A stretch of 64,000 bases of DNA. Origin: Gemmatimonadota bacterium (GTDB lineage: Bacteria; Gemmatimonadota; Gemmatimonadetes; Palauibacterales; Palauibacteraceae). The notes under the pieces were generated by a model. The model had not been told where the DNA came from and made no database searches. It saw nothing but the letters and a program-made list of their open reading frames with translations. The translations under genes were made by a program, and so were the position numbers. The DNA lies in assembly GCA_039584685.1 (NCBI GenBank), contig JBDGXI010000007.1, positions 6,135 to 70,134 of the forward strand, written 5' to 3'. This document shows positions 48,472 to 60,176 of this stretch, one piece after another. How positions within the stretch are numbered: the stretch's first letter is position 1; each line of letters starts with the position of its first letter.

Positions 48472-49055
48472 TCGCGCGGCGAACGCCGAGGCGCGGCCGG
48501 CTCTCCCTCGGACACGAAACTCGGGTTCAGGATCTGAACGTTCTCCAGCTGTGCGTCACTGACGAAACTGTCGCCCCTGCTCTGGAGACCCGGCCGGTAC
48601 AGGACGAACGTGGTGTCTCCGTACAACGAGTCCGCCTCCGCATCGTACCGAAGCCGTTGCGTCACCAGGCGCTTGGATCCGGCCGCCTCCCTGACCTCCA
48701 CCGCCCCTCTCACTTCCACGTCGCCCGTGTCGAATCGGTACTCGCCAGATTTCCCGGTCAGGGTCCCGTCCTCCAGTCCCGTGTCCCCGTAGAAGATGAT
48801 CTTCAGGTTGCGCAGTTGGAGCAGGCCCACGTCCTGGAAACTGAATGCCGTGTCTGCCTTCAGAACGGCGCTGCGAACGCCCGCCCGGGTCAGGTTCATC
48901 TCCACTCCGACGAGCACCTGGTCGGCCTCAAGTCCCAGGAGCGTGTCCGACGCAAGCGGTCTCTGGTTCTCCTCTGCGCAGCCCAGGGCCACGATGGCGC
49001 ACACGAGGACGAGCGCCGCCGGGTGACCGACGACGGGAATCCGGACCATGCTCAC
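48468..49055 (-). CDS. lptC: LptC-like protein
   Basis: N-terminal hydrophobic anchor or signal (LVLVCAIVALGC), LptC-like beta-jellyroll; position between kdsD and lptA. Confidence 0.55.
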   Translation of the reverse strand: MSMVRIPVVGHPAALVLVCAIVALGCAEENQRPLASDTLLGLEADQVLVGVEMNLTRAGVRSAVLKADTAFSFQDVGLLQLRNLKIIFYGDTGLEDGTLTGKSGEYRFDTGDVEVRGAVEVREAAGSKRLVTQRLRYDAEADSLYGDTTFVLYRPGLQSRGDSFVSDAQLENVQILNPSFVSEGEPAAPRRSPRE

Positions 49056-50044
49056 GCCAGCCTCACCCGCAGGAGATCATGCAGATGCACCATGCCCTGC
49101 AACCTGTTCTCTCCGTCCACTACCGGCATCGCCATGATTCCGTGCTCCCGCATTTGCACCAAAGCCTCGGTGGCCATCTCGCCCGCACCGATCGTCTTCG
49201 GCGCCCGGTTCATGGCCCGCTCGACGGAGTGCGAGAGAAATCCGGGATGCTGGTCGGCATACCGAGTCAGATCCCCTGCCGTGATGACGCCGACCACGCG
49301 ATCCGAGTCCAGGACGGGCACCGTCCCCTGCCTGTGCGCTATCTCATGCATCGCGGCTCCGAGATCCCGGTCGAGAGTCAGCCGCGGCACCCGCTGTTGA
49401 TCCGTGATCATCACGTCACGCACCGTCAGCGTCAGACGGCGCCCCAGCTCTCCGCCCGGATGCAGCCGGGCGAAGTCTTCCGGCCCGAAGCCGCGAACCT
49501 CCGAAACGGCCATGGCCAGGGCATCCCCCATCGCCAGCGCCGCCGTGCTGCTGGCCGTGGGAGCCAGGTCGTGCGGACACGCCTCGACCTGCACGCTGAC
49601 GTCGAGGACCAGATCCGCGCGTCGTGCAAGAGTCGATGTGGGCTCCGCCGTCAGACAGATCACCGGAACACCGAGGCGCTCGATCACCGGCAGCAGGCTC
49701 TCCATCTCGGAGGACTCGCCGCTCTTGGAGATGGCGAGGACCAGATCGCCTCCTACCAGCATGCCCACATCACCGTGAGCCGCCTCCACCGGGTGCAGGA
49801 AGATCGCCGGCGTTCCGGTGGACGAGAACGTCGAAGCGAGCTTTCGGGCCACGATCCCCGACTTCCCGATACCCGTAACCACCACGCGGCCCGAGATTGC
49901 CTCGATCACCCGGACCGCTTCGGCGAACGCAGCACCCAGGCGCTCCGCCAGAGAGGCTACGCTCTCGCTCTCGATCCGCAGCACTTCCCGGCCCCGCTCG
50001 ATGATCCTCGAGTCGTGGGCCGGCTCGCCGTTGCCCTCACTCAC
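49052..50044 (-). CDS. kdsD: Arabinose-5-phosphate isomerase (SIS plus tandem CBS)
   Basis: SIS motif VVVTGIGKSG, two CBS domains; start approximate (GTG 50044). Confidence 0.8.
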   Translation of the reverse strand: MSEGNGEPAHDSRIIERGREVLRIESESVASLAERLGAAFAEAVRVIEAISGRVVVTGIGKSGIVARKLASTFSSTGTPAIFLHPVEAAHGDVGMLVGGDLVLAISKSGESSEMESLLPVIERLGVPVICLTAEPTSTLARRADLVLDVSVQVEACPHDLAPTASSTAALAMGDALAMAVSEVRGFGPEDFARLHPGGELGRRLTLTVRDVMITDQQRVPRLTLDRDLGAAMHEIAHRQGTVPVLDSDRVVGVITAGDLTRYADQHPGFLSHSVERAMNRAPKTIGAGEMATEALVQMREHGIMAMPVVDGENRLQGMVHLHDLLRVRLA

Positions 50045-50608
50045 CCTCTTTCGACCTCCAGTGCTCGACGCACTCCGCGACGTATTCCTCGACAAGGCTC
50101 TTCCACTCGCCCCGGGCTCCGAGGAGCGCCTCGACGAACTCACGGACAGCGCCCGCCCCGCCAGCCGTGTCACCGACCCAGCTCGCGGCCGCCTTGACCT
50201 CGGGTACGGCGTTCGCGACCGCTGCCGGTAGGCCTACCTTCCGAAGTACCGGAAGATCCGCCAGATCGTCAGCCAGGAAGGCGGCCTGATCCCAGGAGGC
50301 ACCGGCACGCCGGAGTATGTGCGCTACCGCTTCGAGTTTGCCGAATGGCGACACCTGGTGGATCTCGGTGATTCCGAGGGACTCGGCCCGCTGCCTCACC
50401 GCCGGAGAGATCTTGCTGGACACTACTGCTACCACCAGGCCGGTGCGATGCAGCATGTGGATCGCAAATCCGTCGTGCACGTGGAAACGACGCCCTTCCA
50501 CCGTGCCATCCGGTCCCTCGAAAGCGTACAACCCCCCATCGGTCATCACTCCGTCCGCGTCCAGCAGGACTACTCGCACCTCGAGAGCCAGCGACCCCGG
50601 AATGGAAC

Positions 50609-50612
<4 letters not shown>
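50037..50612 (-). CDS. kdsC: 3-deoxy-D-manno-octulosonate 8-phosphate phosphatase (HAD)
   Basis: HAD motif I LLDADGVMTDG, KdsC-length 191 aa. Confidence 0.75.
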
Positions 50613-53118
<2,506 letters not shown>

Positions 53119-53317
53119 TCACTTTCAATTCGTATTCACGGTGCCCTGCGGGCCACGGTTCTGATTGCGGGAATGAGGCTTCGGAAGGGACTCCGACGCA
53201 CGCTCTCGGCCGGAAGGCACAGGCGACCTCAGAAGGTCGGAATCGGATGCGCGACGGCGATAACTTCACGCTCCGTAACGTAATCCGTTTCGGAACGCGG
53301 TGTCAAAGGGCTCTCGG

Positions 53318-54814
53318 TCACAGATCCCCGGGGAATCGGAAGATCGCATAGCCGCGAACGTCTCCGCCGCTGGCCCCCGGATCCACTGCGACACCCCCCT
53401 CGACGACCCAGAACCGGAGCCCGGCGATCAGATTCACCTGCCAGTCGGTCGATTGGCCGGCATCCCACGCTGCTCCGGTACCGGCCCGGGCGAATACATC
53501 GAGCGCTCCCAGCTCGCCGAAGCGCAGCGCTTCTATGGGGATCGAATACCCGACCTGGCCGTACACCACGCGAGGTCCTCTGAATTCCACGGCGCCGAGA
53601 GTCGGGAGGGTTGCCCGGCCCCCGAATCCGGTCCACCTCTGTCCAGGCAGGTCGCCGGCCAGATCACCCCTGGCCAGAGCGAAGACGTCCAGTCGGTGAG
53701 AAGAGAATCCCGGAGTGGTCCACCGGGCCCGGATCTCCCCGAGAAGGTAGGAGAAGTCGCCCGCCACCGACGAGTCCGCCGCCTCCAGGAAGGCCCGCCC
53801 CACGAGCCGCCCGGAAGTGCCCGTCTGGCGATCGACCGAGACCGCCAGTGCGGCACTGCCGGTCTTGCCGTCGTCGATAGCCGGGTTCTCACGCACGTTG
53901 TCCGACCCGAAGAACGTGAACTGATCACCTGCATTCCTGCTCCAGGCGTCTTCCCATTCCAGACGGAACATGGGTGTCCACCAGCGGTCTCCGCTCCCTC
54001 GCACGACCAACGCGAACCGGTCGGCTCCGTAGTAGTCTCGAAAATCGTCGCCCAGGAACAGGTAGGAGAGGGAATTCGACACGTCCGCCCGGATCCATCT
54101 CTCGTTGGTGCGGACGACGCGCTCGGCTTCCACCCCGAATTCGACCGGACCCGGATACCAGAACTGGCGCACGGTACCCTCGAGTTCCCCCTGTCCCGAA
54201 CGGTACCTTCCCACGAGCTCCAGCGTGGGCCTCCAGGCCCAGTTGACCGCACGCAGCGTGATTCCCCACGCGACGGTCACGGCGTCCACGCGCTCGTAGG
54301 TGGGAGCCTCGAACCCGTACAACCCGTGCAGGTCGACCGCATCCGGAACGTCCACGACCGGATGGATCTCGAAGCCGCCGGCCGCCGGAAGAACCGAGTA
54401 TCGCTCCGCCGGGCGCCAGGTTACCTCGCCGTCGATGGTCGCCATGCCTGACCCGAGGTAGCCACCGCCGAGCACGACGATGTCTCCCGACACGTGGGCC
54501 CCCGGCCTGAGCAGAATATCGCCATCTACGACGTAGATATCTCCGTCGACCGAGCCAGCCAGGCGTACCTGCGCCTCGAGCACTAGAAGGTCGCCCGCCA
54601 CCTGTCCGTCGGAGGCGACAACCGTATCACGGGTCCACATCCGGAAATCGCCGCGGGCCAAGAAGTCGGCCAGCCTCGCGTCCAGTGCATTCCCGCGCCG
54701 TGGCTCGAATGTGACTTCCTGGGCCACGGCGGAGGGAGCCGCCAGGCCGGCGGCGAGGCACAGCAGCGCGAACGCCCGTCGGTGATCGCGAGACAGGGCA
54801 CGCCGGACGCTCAC
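53318..54814 (-). CDS. Secreted hypothetical protein: signal peptide, bactofilin-like beta-helical repeat module, then ~350-aa W/Y/G/R/D-rich region (possible beta-barrel)
   Basis: GTG 54814 in GTGA overlap with nitroreductase stop, purine-rich SD; signal peptide ending AVAQE; repeat VAGDLLVLEAQVRLAGSVDGDIYVVDGDILLRPGAHVSGDIVVLGG. Confidence 0.45.
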   Translation of the reverse strand: MSVRRALSRDHRRAFALLCLAAGLAAPSAVAQEVTFEPRRGNALDARLADFLARGDFRMWTRDTVVASDGQVAGDLLVLEAQVRLAGSVDGDIYVVDGDILLRPGAHVSGDIVVLGGGYLGSGMATIDGEVTWRPAERYSVLPAAGGFEIHPVVDVPDAVDLHGLYGFEAPTYERVDAVTVAWGITLRAVNWAWRPTLELVGRYRSGQGELEGTVRQFWYPGPVEFGVEAERVVRTNERWIRADVSNSLSYLFLGDDFRDYYGADRFALVVRGSGDRWWTPMFRLEWEDAWSRNAGDQFTFFGSDNVRENPAIDDGKTGSAALAVSVDRQTGTSGRLVGRAFLEAADSSVAGDFSYLLGEIRARWTTPGFSSHRLDVFALARGDLAGDLPGQRWTGFGGRATLPTLGAVEFRGPRVVYGQVGYSIPIEALRFGELGALDVFARAGTGAAWDAGQSTDWQVNLIAGLRFWVVEGGVAVDPGASGGDVRGYAIFRFPGDL

Positions 54815-55359
54815 CTTTCCCTTCCCCCCCCGGTCGCTTCCCACCGATCCCACGCGATAGTCTCCTCGTCGCCCCGCCGCTGCGGCAGACGCTGAAAGCC
54901 GTCCGGATACCCGAGGGCGAGGAGTGTGACCACCGGCACGTCTGCCGGGATGCCGAGCACCTGCTGGATTTCGCTTTCCCTGAAACCCGTGATCCACGCA
55001 GTCGCGAGACTCATGTCCGCGGCCGCCAGGACCATCGCCTCGGTGGCCGCGGCCAGGTCGATCGGGTGGCTGGGGCGCCCACTGCCCGCGATGTTCGAGT
55101 GGACTCGCGCACCCCCGACGACGAGGACCGGAGCCGTCCGGACGAGCTCGCCCTGGAATACAGCCCGCGCGATCCGGTGGCGGGTGAGTGCGTCCTGAAC
55201 GACGATGAAGCGCCAGGGCTGGTCCTCCCGGGCGGAAGGAGCGTACCGGGCGCATTCCAGAATCCGAGCCAGTATCTCGGGCGGAACCATGCGATCGGAG
55301 AACCGCCTTACGGCCTGGCGGTTACGCGACAGGTTTAGCACGCGAGAGACGGCGCTCAC
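54811..55359 (-). CDS. Nitroreductase-family protein
   Basis: FMN-binding motif region RRFSDRMVPPE...ARYAPSAREDQPWRF. Confidence 0.7.
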   Translation of the reverse strand: MSAVSRVLNLSRNRQAVRRFSDRMVPPEILARILECARYAPSAREDQPWRFIVVQDALTRHRIARAVFQGELVRTAPVLVVGGARVHSNIAGSGRPSHPIDLAAATEAMVLAAADMSLATAWITGFRESEIQQVLGIPADVPVVTLLALGYPDGFQRLPQRRGDEETIAWDRWEATGGGRER

Positions 55360-55365
55360 CCGGCG

Positions 55366-56319
55366 CTACCCCCTCGGATGGTGCTGGCGATGCTCTTCTT
55401 GAAGGTATCGGCGATCCACATGCGTATAGATCTGGGTCGTTGAGATGTCCGCGTGCCCCAGCATTTCCTGCACGGCGACCAGATCCGCTCCCCCCTCCAG
55501 CAGGTGCGTCGCGAAGCTGTGCCGGAACGTGTGTGGCGTGACCTTCCTCTCGACCCCGGCATTGCGCACGTGCATCCCGACGATCTTCCACGCTCCCATG
55601 CGGCTCAGCGGACGCCCGTGTTGATTGAGGAATACCACCCCTTCCGACCGGCGCCGGTCGAGCTCTGGCCGTCGCTCTCGAAGGTAGCGCTGTAGCACCC
55701 GGACCGCACGACCTCCAAGCGGCACCACGCGTCGCTTGTCGCCCTTGCCGCTCACGGAGATGAGACCTTCTTCCAGGGACAGGTCCCGCATCCGCAGGCC
55801 GATGAGTTCCGAGATTCTGAGACCGGCCCCGTACAGAGTCTCGAGCATGGCCGCGTCGCGCCTGGCGTTCGGGTGAACATCCGCAGGCAGAGCCCCGACG
55901 GTATCCAGGATCGCCTCGACCTGCGCATAGGTCAGCACGTCCGGGAGAGTCTTGTCGACTCGAGGGCTCTCCAGCTTCTCGGTGGGATCGTGCCTGAGGT
56001 GACCCTCCTCGACGAGAAAGCCGAAGTAGGTGCGCAGTGCGGACCGGCGGCGGGCCACGCTCCGAGCCGCGAGACCGTGCTCGTCCAGATCTACCAGATA
56101 TGCTCGCAGCACCTGGTAGTCGACAGCGCCCGGATCCGTCATTCCTCCCGCGATCGAGAAATCGGCGAACGACGCACAATCTCCCAGATACGCCTTCACC
56201 GTGCTGGGAGCGAGACCTCGTTCGTAGCGCAGGAAGTCCGAGAACTCCTCCAGACGGAATCGACTCCGGGGGCCGTCGAACTTCGCAGGTCGGGAACGAA
56301 CTCTTGTCTTGCCGACCAC
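55366..56319 (-). CDS. Tyrosine recombinase XerC/XerD
   Basis: N-terminal SAM-like core-binding domain, C-terminal catalytic R..HxxR..Y (TPHTFRHSFATHLLE, Y in TQIYTHV); no phage genes nearby. Confidence 0.75.
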   Translation of the reverse strand: MVGKTRVRSRPAKFDGPRSRFRLEEFSDFLRYERGLAPSTVKAYLGDCASFADFSIAGGMTDPGAVDYQVLRAYLVDLDEHGLAARSVARRRSALRTYFGFLVEEGHLRHDPTEKLESPRVDKTLPDVLTYAQVEAILDTVGALPADVHPNARRDAAMLETLYGAGLRISELIGLRMRDLSLEEGLISVSGKGDKRRVVPLGGRAVRVLQRYLRERRPELDRRRSEGVVFLNQHGRPLSRMGAWKIVGMHVRNAGVERKVTPHTFRHSFATHLLEGGADLVAVQEMLGHADISTTQIYTHVDRRYLQEEHRQHHPRG

Positions 56320-56951
56320 TAGGGCGCCCCCTCTCCATCGGCCCGGCGGGAACGCCACCACAGCCAACCCAGGGCGGCGGCAGCGAGCAGGGCCACCACA
56401 CCGGCCGTCGTGTTGACGGCAGTCAGTGCGCCGACGATCCGGGGGATGTTCCGGGAAGCGACGACACCGCCGAACACGAGACCCGCGTACCAAAAGGCCG
56501 AAGCGATCGTCAATGGAAGCGCGGTACGCCAGAATCCCAGCCGACTGATCCCGGCGAAGGCTGGCACGAGGACCCTGAACACCGGGAAGAAGCGGCTCAC
56601 CAGGATCGTCAGCGCCCCGTAATCCTCGTAGAACAGGGACATTCTCTCGAGCTGCGCAGGTCTCAGGAGCCAGCGGCCCCAGCGGGTCGAGAACAGGCCT
56701 CCGCCGAAGTGAAGCGCGGCGACGTACACGGAGAGAGCGAGCAGCAGGTTGCTGACCCAGGCCACCAGGAATACGAGGCGGGCGTCGAGGATCCCCCGAT
56801 CCGCCAGAATGCCCCCGGCGACCACGACCAAGTCCGATGGAACTGGCGGAAAGAGATTCTCGATGGCAGCGCCAACGCCCACGAGCAGGTAGACAGTCTC
56901 GACCGGTACGCCGCCGACCAGGTGAAGGAGGGCCTCCAGCTGCTCCTGCAT
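56319..56951 (-). CDS. DedA/TVP38-family membrane protein
   Basis: VTT-domain signature (ENLFPPVPSDLVVVAGG), 4-6 TM. Confidence 0.65.
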   Translation of the reverse strand: MQEQLEALLHLVGGVPVETVYLLVGVGAAIENLFPPVPSDLVVVAGGILADRGILDARLVFLVAWVSNLLLALSVYVAALHFGGGLFSTRWGRWLLRPAQLERMSLFYEDYGALTILVSRFFPVFRVLVPAFAGISRLGFWRTALPLTIASAFWYAGLVFGGVVASRNIPRIVGALTAVNTTAGVVALLAAAALGWLWWRSRRADGEGAP

Positions 56952-56959
56952 TTCGCCGC

Positions 56960-57475
56960 CTACCCGCCGGTGCGGATCGAGGCATGCAGTGTGTCGATAT
57001 CTTCGATTTGGTCGAGCAGAATCACGACCATCACGGCCAGTCCCTCTCCTCTGCCGATCCACCCCATCCCCTCGTTCGTCTTTCCCTTGATGGAAACGCA
57101 TGAACTCGAGATGCGCAGGCGCTCGGCGAGGCGCTCAGCCATCGGATCGACCCACGGACTCACCCGCGGGCTCTCCGTGACGATGGTGACGTCCGCGTTC
57201 ACCACCTGGTAGTTTCGCTCCTCGATGAGGCGTACCGCCGCAGCCAGGAGTTCCATCGAGTCCGCCCCCTTCCAGCGGGCGTCAGTGTCGGGGAAATGTT
57301 GACCGATGTTCCCGAGGGCTGCCGCACCGAGGACGGCGTCGATCAGCGCGTGAGCCACGGCGTCCCCGTCGGAATGCCCCTTCAGGCCTGCGTGATCGGG
57401 GATCTGCACTCCGCCCAGTACGAGAGGCCGCCCGGGCTCGAAACGGTGTGAGTCATACCCGATGCCGACGCGCAC
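56960..57475 (-). CDS. ispF: 2-C-methyl-D-erythritol 2,4-cyclodiphosphate synthase
   Basis: IGYDSHRF, SDGDAVAHAL zinc-site motifs. Confidence 0.85.
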   Translation of the reverse strand: MRVGIGYDSHRFEPGRPLVLGGVQIPDHAGLKGHSDGDAVAHALIDAVLGAAALGNIGQHFPDTDARWKGADSMELLAAAVRLIEERNYQVVNADVTIVTESPRVSPWVDPMAERLAERLRISSSCVSIKGKTNEGMGWIGRGEGLAVMVVILLDQIEDIDTLHASIRTGG

Positions 57476-57503
57476 AGGGTCCTCCTATCGGCTGGCGCCA
57501 GAG

Positions 57504-57914
57504 TCAGGACTCGCGGCCGACCCCGAGCAGGCGGAGCGCCAGGTGAGCCGCGTTCCGCGCGTTGTCGATGCCAACCGCGGCCACCGGAACGCCCGGGGGC
57601 ATCTGGACGATCGAGAGAAGGGCATCGAGCCCTCCAAGCGTACCCGCCGAGATCGGAACGCCGATCACCGGCAGGCGGGTGTGTGCAGCGACCACTCCCG
57701 GCAGCGCCGCCGACAGTCCCGCGCCGCACACGACCACCTCGAATCCGCTCGACTCAGCCGCAGCTGCGATTTCCGCGGTCCTTGCAGGGTCGCGGTGCGC
57801 GCTGCTCACCACGACTTCGACCTCCACCCCAGCCTCCGCGAGCACGTCCACACCCTTTTGCATCACCGGACGGTCCGAGTCGGAGCCCATCATCACGAGC
57901 ACGCGTTGACCCAT
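57504..57914 (-). CDS. purE: N5-carboxyaminoimidazole ribonucleotide mutase
   Basis: VLVMMGSDSD and SAHR motifs; start approximate. Confidence 0.8.
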   Translation of the reverse strand: MGQRVLVMMGSDSDRPVMQKGVDVLAEAGVEVEVVVSSAHRDPARTAEIAAAAESSGFEVVVCGAGLSAALPGVVAAHTRLPVIGVPISAGTLGGLDALLSIVQMPPGVPVAAVGIDNARNAAHLALRLLGVGRES

Positions 57915-59032
57915 CAGGGAACTCTCCTGTCCATGCATACGCTGCAACCGCAGTACCAATCGAGATCCGGCCTGACCGGAGAATAGTCCTGGTATCTGGA
58001 AACAGCCTCGAAACCCGCTCCCTCGATGAACTGCACCAGAGTGGATCGGGGCATGATGAAGTCCGTGCCCGTGGCCGACACCACGTTCTCCTCCATCATC
58101 AGGGATCCGAAGTCGTTGCACCCGAAGTGCAGGGCCACCTGCGCCACCTTGGGGCCCTGAGTCACGTAGCTGACTTGGAGATTCCGCACGTTGTCCATGA
58201 CCAGCCGTGATATGGCAATGGTCTTCAGGTATTCCGAGGCCGTTGCCTCAGGGGTACCATCCATCTCGGTGCCATCTGATTGCAGGGTCCATGGAATGAA
58301 CGCCGTGAATCCCCCCGTCTCGCACTGGAGATCCCGCACGCGGATCATGTGTTCGACCCTGTCCGCACGACTCTCTCCCGCTCCAAACATCATCGTCGCA
58401 GAGCTGAGCAGCCCGTGTTCGTGAGCCACCCGGTGGATTTCGAGCCAACGAGCCGTGTCGATCTTCTTCCTGGCTATGCGATCGCGTACCTCGTCGACCA
58501 GGATCTCGGCTCCGGCACCCGGGACCGAGTCGAGTCCCGCGTCCTTCAACTCGCCGATGACAGTGCCTACGTCCACCTTGTGCACCCGGGCGATGATGTC
58601 CAGTTCCGAGGCCGAGAAGCCGTGCACGTGGATCGGGTGATGGGTCTTGATATAGTCGAGCAATCCGGTGTAATAGTCGAGTTTGAGATACGGATTGTGT
58701 CCGCCCTGCATGAGTATCTGAACGGCGCCGATTCTCTTCGCCTCGTCGATCTTGGCCCCGATCTGCTCGTTGGACAGGACGTACCCTTCTTCATGACCCG
58801 GGCGTCGATAGAAGGCGCAGAACGAGCAGTCTGTGACGCAGACGTTGGTGTAGTTGATGTTGCGGTCGACGATGTAAGAGACGGTCGCCCCGGGAACCGC
58901 GGCGCGCGCCCGCTCCCGAGCCATGGCGCCGAGCTCGAGCAAGGGCCGCTCATACAGCGAGGCAAACTCTGCCCTCTCGGCCGCATCCACCGGAGCCAGT
59001 CCCGTCGCCGCACCGCTCACAATAGCGGTCAT
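57914..59032 (-). CDS. MqnC/MqnE-family radical-SAM enzyme of the futalosine menaquinone pathway (canonical CX3CX2C)
   Basis: YTNVCVTDCSFCAF cluster motif, family-typical FIPW region. Confidence 0.7.
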   Translation of the reverse strand: MTAIVSGAATGLAPVDAAERAEFASLYERPLLELGAMARERARAAVPGATVSYIVDRNINYTNVCVTDCSFCAFYRRPGHEEGYVLSNEQIGAKIDEAKRIGAVQILMQGGHNPYLKLDYYTGLLDYIKTHHPIHVHGFSASELDIIARVHKVDVGTVIGELKDAGLDSVPGAGAEILVDEVRDRIARKKIDTARWLEIHRVAHEHGLLSSATMMFGAGESRADRVEHMIRVRDLQCETGGFTAFIPWTLQSDGTEMDGTPEATASEYLKTIAISRLVMDNVRNLQVSYVTQGPKVAQVALHFGCNDFGSLMMEENVVSATGTDFIMPRSTLVQFIEGAGFEAVSRYQDYSPVRPDLDWYCGCSVCMDRRVP

Positions 59033-60165
59033 GCGACCACCGGCTCCCCCACCGCGTTGTACAGGGAATCGCGCTCCACCGGCGTCTTGCCCGCATCCCG
59101 AATCAGCTCGACTATCTCGTCCAGATCCAGCCCCAGGGGTGTATCGGCTCCGGCGGCATGCGTGACCTTCTCGAGTACCACCGTGCCCTCCAGGTCATCA
59201 ACACCGAAAGACAGCGCGATCTGCGAGACCTTGGTCGTGACCATGATCCAGTGGGTCTTGATGTGCGGAACATTGTCCAGGAATATGCGTCCGACCGCCA
59301 GGGCCTTGAGGTCGTCCACCCCTCCAGTCCGCTCCCCCTCCACACCCATCTGCCTTCCCAGGGCCGTGTTGTCGGGATGCCAGGCCAGTGGTATGAAGGT
59401 GCTGAAACCCTGGGTCTCGTCCTGCAGGTCTCGCAGCATGAGCATGTGATCCACCCTGTCCGCCGCCGTCTCGACGTGACCATACAGAAGGGTGCAGTTC
59501 GTCGGGATCCCCAGCTCGTGGGCCTCGCGGTGCACCTGAAGCCACTCATCCGCTGCCAGCTTCCGGTCCGCGATCGTCGATCGAACCGCCGGGCTGAACA
59601 CTTCCGCTCCACCACCGGGCATCGCATCCAGTCCTGCATCCAGCAGCTCCCGTAGCACGTCCACGGTACTGACGCCCTCCAGGCGGGCGAGGTGAGCGAT
59701 CTCGACAGCCGTCAGCGCCTTGATGTGGACGGTGGGATGCCTCTCCTTGAGTCCCCGTATCATGTCGGTATAGTAGGAAAGCGGCAGTTTGGGATGCAGA
59801 CCGCCCACGATGTGGAACTCGCGGGTCGGTGAGGACCGCGCCGCTTCCGCCTCGGCATATACCTCGTCCAGACTCATGGTGTACGCGTCGTCCGCAAGAG
59901 GGCGCACGCCGTACGAGCAGAACACGCAGACCTTGTTGAGGATGCAGACGTTGGTCGGGTTGAGGTGCTGGTTGGCCACGTAGAACACCCGGTCCCCGTT
60001 GAGCCGTCGGTTCACCAGGTCCGCCATGCTGCCCACGGCGAGAAGATCGTCGGTCTCGAACAGCGCGATAGCGTCCTCACGCGAAATGCGCTCCCCCGCC
60101 TCGACCTTCTCTGCAATGGCGATGAGCTCCGCCGCCTCCGGCCGAACGCTCAACTCTCCTTCCAC
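59029..60165 (-). CDS. Second MqnC/MqnE-family radical-SAM paralog with non-canonical CX5CX2C cluster motif
   Basis: NPTNVCILNKVCVFCSY motif (reverse complement re-read at 59910-59965), paralogous to neighbour over full length; ATGA overlap with downstream paralog; start approximate. Confidence 0.7.
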   Translation of the reverse strand: MEGELSVRPEAAELIAIAEKVEAGERISREDAIALFETDDLLAVGSMADLVNRRLNGDRVFYVANQHLNPTNVCILNKVCVFCSYGVRPLADDAYTMSLDEVYAEAEAARSSPTREFHIVGGLHPKLPLSYYTDMIRGLKERHPTVHIKALTAVEIAHLARLEGVSTVDVLRELLDAGLDAMPGGGAEVFSPAVRSTIADRKLAADEWLQVHREAHELGIPTNCTLLYGHVETAADRVDHMLMLRDLQDETQGFSTFIPLAWHPDNTALGRQMGVEGERTGGVDDLKALAVGRIFLDNVPHIKTHWIMVTTKVSQIALSFGVDDLEGTVVLEKVTHAAGADTPLGLDLDEIVELIRDAGKTPVERDSLYNAVGEPVVA

Positions 60166-60176
60166 CCGGGGAAATA

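Noticed and set aside
48468-48560. LptC as a lipoprotein (Cys after ALG)
   Set aside because: The -3 position is Ala rather than Leu/Val/Ile, so the lipobox is non-canonical; kept only as a remark in the LptA/LptC finding.
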